NCBI GenBank assembly: GCA_030591685.1
Contig: JAUVAX010000001.1
Location: forward strand, 92,873 to 156,872
Reading direction: 5' to 3'
Source of the DNA: Pseudobdellovibrionaceae bacterium
GTDB lineage: Bacteria > Bdellovibrionota > Bdellovibrionia > Bdellovibrionales > UBA1609
DNA length: 64,000 bases
This document shows, in pieces, positions 61,443 to 64,000 of the stretch. A program made the position numbers and the translations under genes. The stretch's first letter is position 1, and the number at the start of each line of letters is the position of its first letter. The notes beneath the pieces are model-generated. The model saw only the letters and a list, made by a program, of their open reading frames with translations, was not told the DNA's origin and did no database searches.

Positions 61443-61662
61443 TCTTCGATTGTAAACAGTCCCTCTCACCCTTGGCAAAGAAAACTCTACTGTTGACCGC
61501 CCAACTGGACTGGTCTCTTTTTTTACTCATTACAGAGATAACTAAAGTCATTCATAAATTAACTATGACTAAAAACTTAGGCTCAAACCAAAGTCAGTCT
61601 GACCAAAGTCAGGCCTGCCGGATTTAATTATTTTTACGTCATAATTTTCCGATAGGTATTCA

Positions 61663-63315
61663 ATGAAATCAGTATTATACACCTTTATATTTTTCAGTGT
61701 CTTGGCCACTTATACCGCCGTCGCTGAAAGCGTTGAAAGAAACGTCAAACAGGGAACAAACCTCATTGTACTTGATGGGTCCAAGGTTTGGGCTCGCTCT
61801 AAAAGGGACTTTCGAGAGTCCCCTGACAAAAACTCTATTTTGATTAATGACAACACTGAGTTAGAAATTTATTATGAACGTAAGCTTAATAGTGGAGCCA
61901 AGCACCTATATGTTCGCATTTTATCTGGTCCGCATAAGGGGAAAATGCGTTGGGTTTACTTTCCAAAAGCTAATAAAAATTATCACCTTAAAATCAGTCA
62001 GCAATTAATACCAGAACAAGATGTAAAAAAGGCGGACACTCTCTCTGAGGCCACACATGTCACAGTGACAAAGCCAACCTCTGACCCAAAAGCAGAGCTG
62101 CCCCTCATGAAAGCCACTCGTGAAAATGAATTTATAGGTAAAACGGCCTTCTCAGACTTTAACGTCACAACAAACACTACAGCACTCCCAAAAGATACCA
62201 CAGATGCTCAAGTTAATAATGCTCTTCAAAGAACAAGTAAACTCCTCTCCACAGGAGTAAAGGGCTCTTTAAATAGCAGCCTTCAGCATTTACACGGCCG
62301 TGACTGCCAAGACAAAGGTAGTTTAGAGCACAATGACTGCAAAATTGGAGTGAATGACTACCTTGATGGGCGCCTTGAGCACGTGAGCCCCTCTCCTCCA
62401 GTAAACCTTACTAACCCTAAAAGCCAGCTCCCCCTTGAATGTATCAAGGCCGGCATGACGGGGTTTGATACTCTGAATAATAGCAACTATGCCGTATGCA
62501 ATGACAGTACAAGTAAGCCTAGTTTTTATATCACTGACCCCAAAAACCCTGGGCATCCTCGAGAAACCGAAAAACCATGTGCCTCTAATAAATTAGCCTT
62601 TAAAGTTCACACTTCATTCACCCATATTGCCGACTGCTACGGGATAGACGCAAAAACAATGGTCCCCTTAATGATGGCTGAAAGTGGGTTTCATGTAAAT
62701 GCTGTCAGCCCCTCAAACTGTGCTGGGCCCTTTCAGCTCTGTGGTGGGAAGGCTACAATTAAAGACGTCAATCAGCGTTTTTATACAAAAATGATGAGCC
62801 GATTTAAAGACTCTAAGAAGGCCTCGTGCCACTGGATCGCTAAATCTGTAGAGACACCCATGAACCATAGAAGCTCAAAATCCTGTGAGCGAATTGGGCA
62901 AAAAGTAAATGGGAAATGGGTCTACGACCCCACTCGTAATTTAGTTTACGGGACCGAATCCTTTAAACAAAACCTAATGACTACAAAAACTCGATTAGGG
63001 CTCACTAAAAGGTTTAGGGGTTTACCACCTGAAGAGCAATCAAAAATTTCAAATACCATTGCCCTCTGGGCAAACAACACAGGGCCCGGTATTATTAGTT
63101 TTGCTCAGAAAATATTTATGAGACATAAATACACCTCCTACAGTAATTTTATTTCAACGCTTAAAAGACGTTTAAAAACATCCTTTCCTGGAGATAGCAA
63201 GCGAAAGCTTGAAGTCTCAAACTTTATCAACCTTATGAGCAGTGGGGTGAAATCACTTAATAAAAATTTACCTGACCACGTGAACCCTAAAGACTGTGGA
63301 TGGAGTGTCAAGTGA
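61663..63315 (+). CDS. Secreted Cys-rich lytic transglycosylase (SLT-domain) protein
   Basis: Signal peptide; MMAESGFHVNAVS...AGPFQL (ES and G..Q motifs) and A.N.GPG motif. Confidence 0.75.
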   Translation: MKSVLYTFIFFSVLATYTAVAESVERNVKQGTNLIVLDGSKVWARSKRDFRESPDKNSILINDNTELEIYYERKLNSGAKHLYVRILSGPHKGKMRWVYFPKANKNYHLKISQQLIPEQDVKKADTLSEATHVTVTKPTSDPKAELPLMKATRENEFIGKTAFSDFNVTTNTTALPKDTTDAQVNNALQRTSKLLSTGVKGSLNSSLQHLHGRDCQDKGSLEHNDCKIGVNDYLDGRLEHVSPSPPVNLTNPKSQLPLECIKAGMTGFDTLNNSNYAVCNDSTSKPSFYITDPKNPGHPRETEKPCASNKLAFKVHTSFTHIADCYGIDAKTMVPLMMAESGFHVNAVSPSNCAGPFQLCGGKATIKDVNQRFYTKMMSRFKDSKKASCHWIAKSVETPMNHRSSKSCERIGQKVNGKWVYDPTRNLVYGTESFKQNLMTTKTRLGLTKRFRGLPPEEQSKISNTIALWANNTGPGIISFAQKIFMRHKYTSYSNFISTLKRRLKTSFPGDSKRKLEVSNFINLMSSGVKSLNKNLPDHVNPKDCGWSVK

Positions 63316-63695
63316 GGTATATATTTTTTATAACGGTCTTTTTATTTTCGTTTTACAGTCATTCAGAAGCCTATGTTCAAAGTTTTTGGAACCACTCGTT
63401 AAGTCAGTTCCAGAGCAGCACTAATAATGACATTCTTTTAAAAAATATTAATCATTTTGAAAAGAAGCTCAATCAAATAAAGCTCACAGAACATAAAGAT
63501 CAAGAGCTCATAATGCTCCTTCACTTAAAAGCTATTTTTGAAGAGTTAAATTTATCAAAATTTAAACCTCAAAGCTGCTCCGCCTACGAATCTTTTTTAG
63601 ATATATATTTTGACCCAATACGCGGTCAAAGCAGCAAGGTCAGCCCTCTGATTCGGCAAATTAAAACTTTAATCATTAAGCCTCTTTGTACGTAG
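63312..63695 (+). CDS. Hypothetical secreted protein
   Basis: GTG overlapping the TGA of the SLT gene, GGAG upstream, signal peptide. Confidence 0.55.
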   Translation: MRYIFFITVFLFSFYSHSEAYVQSFWNHSLSQFQSSTNNDILLKNINHFEKKLNQIKLTEHKDQELIMLLHLKAIFEELNLSKFKPQSCSAYESFLDIYFDPIRGQSSKVSPLIRQIKTLIIKPLCT

Positions 63696-64000
63696 TTGTC
63701 TTTTTTTAACTTCGCCCTATACACCCCTACTATTGAGGTCAATAAAGGCCACGCCCAGCTCTTTAAACTGTAACTTGTCCCTGAGGGTACAGTCGCTCAT
63801 TTGCGCGCCAAACGAGCTTATTTTACTAACATATACGCGCTGTAATATACCTTTTTTATGAGTTAATTCAGTATTTTAAATAGCCCCTCTTGTTGAGCAT
63901 AGTTATTGCAATTAAGTATATTATGTTTATTAAAAGCCTCATTTTAATGATTTTTTTGACCAGTCAATTGACATTTGCTGCCAATTTACGCGAACAGGAC

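Noticed and set aside
63708..63900. Minus-strand fragment faintly resembling a PilZ domain (RVYVSKISSFGA...LGVAFIDL)
   Set aside because: About 50 codons with an in-frame stop upstream and no clean start; similarity too weak to call.

Overview
AT-rich bacterial chromosomal segment. Gene content suggests a Bdellovibrionota-type organism (inference from receiver-CheX fusions, a Cys-rich secreted lytic transglycosylase, a CHASE2 kinase/NtrC pair before ileS-lspA-lgt and many orphan exported proteins). Most of the window is housekeeping or metabolic: tamB plus an Omp85 gene, nupC-like, gpmA, fadD, M17 peptidase, FKBP, hisS, tRNA-His, rluF, ileS, lspA, lgt, msrBA, ftsH. Two loci stand out. (1) At 7.2-9.3 kb, a 37-aa peptide ORF missing from the ORF track, with a strong RBS, a leader-like N-half and a Ser/Thr/Cys C-half. 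It is coupled to a stand-alone, catalytically degenerate LanM-type dehydratase domain (DUF4135-like, no cyclase) and to a GHKL-ATPase/receiver protein with no H-box. This is a candidate undescribed peptide-sensing or RiPP-derived signalling module. (2) At 49.6-59.5 kb, a nine-gene operon joining URC-type uracil/UMP catabolism (mmsA-urc1-urc4-upp-udk) to a gamma-glutamylation module (ALDH, GS-like ligase, Fe-ADH, GATase). Also seen: a gene next to tRNA-His broken by an 8-bp repeat expansion, a signal-peptide frameshift, three sigma54-type promoters on orphan exported proteins, a sigma28-type promoter and several apparently leaderless genes. All family calls come from motif recognition by eye; no searches were run.
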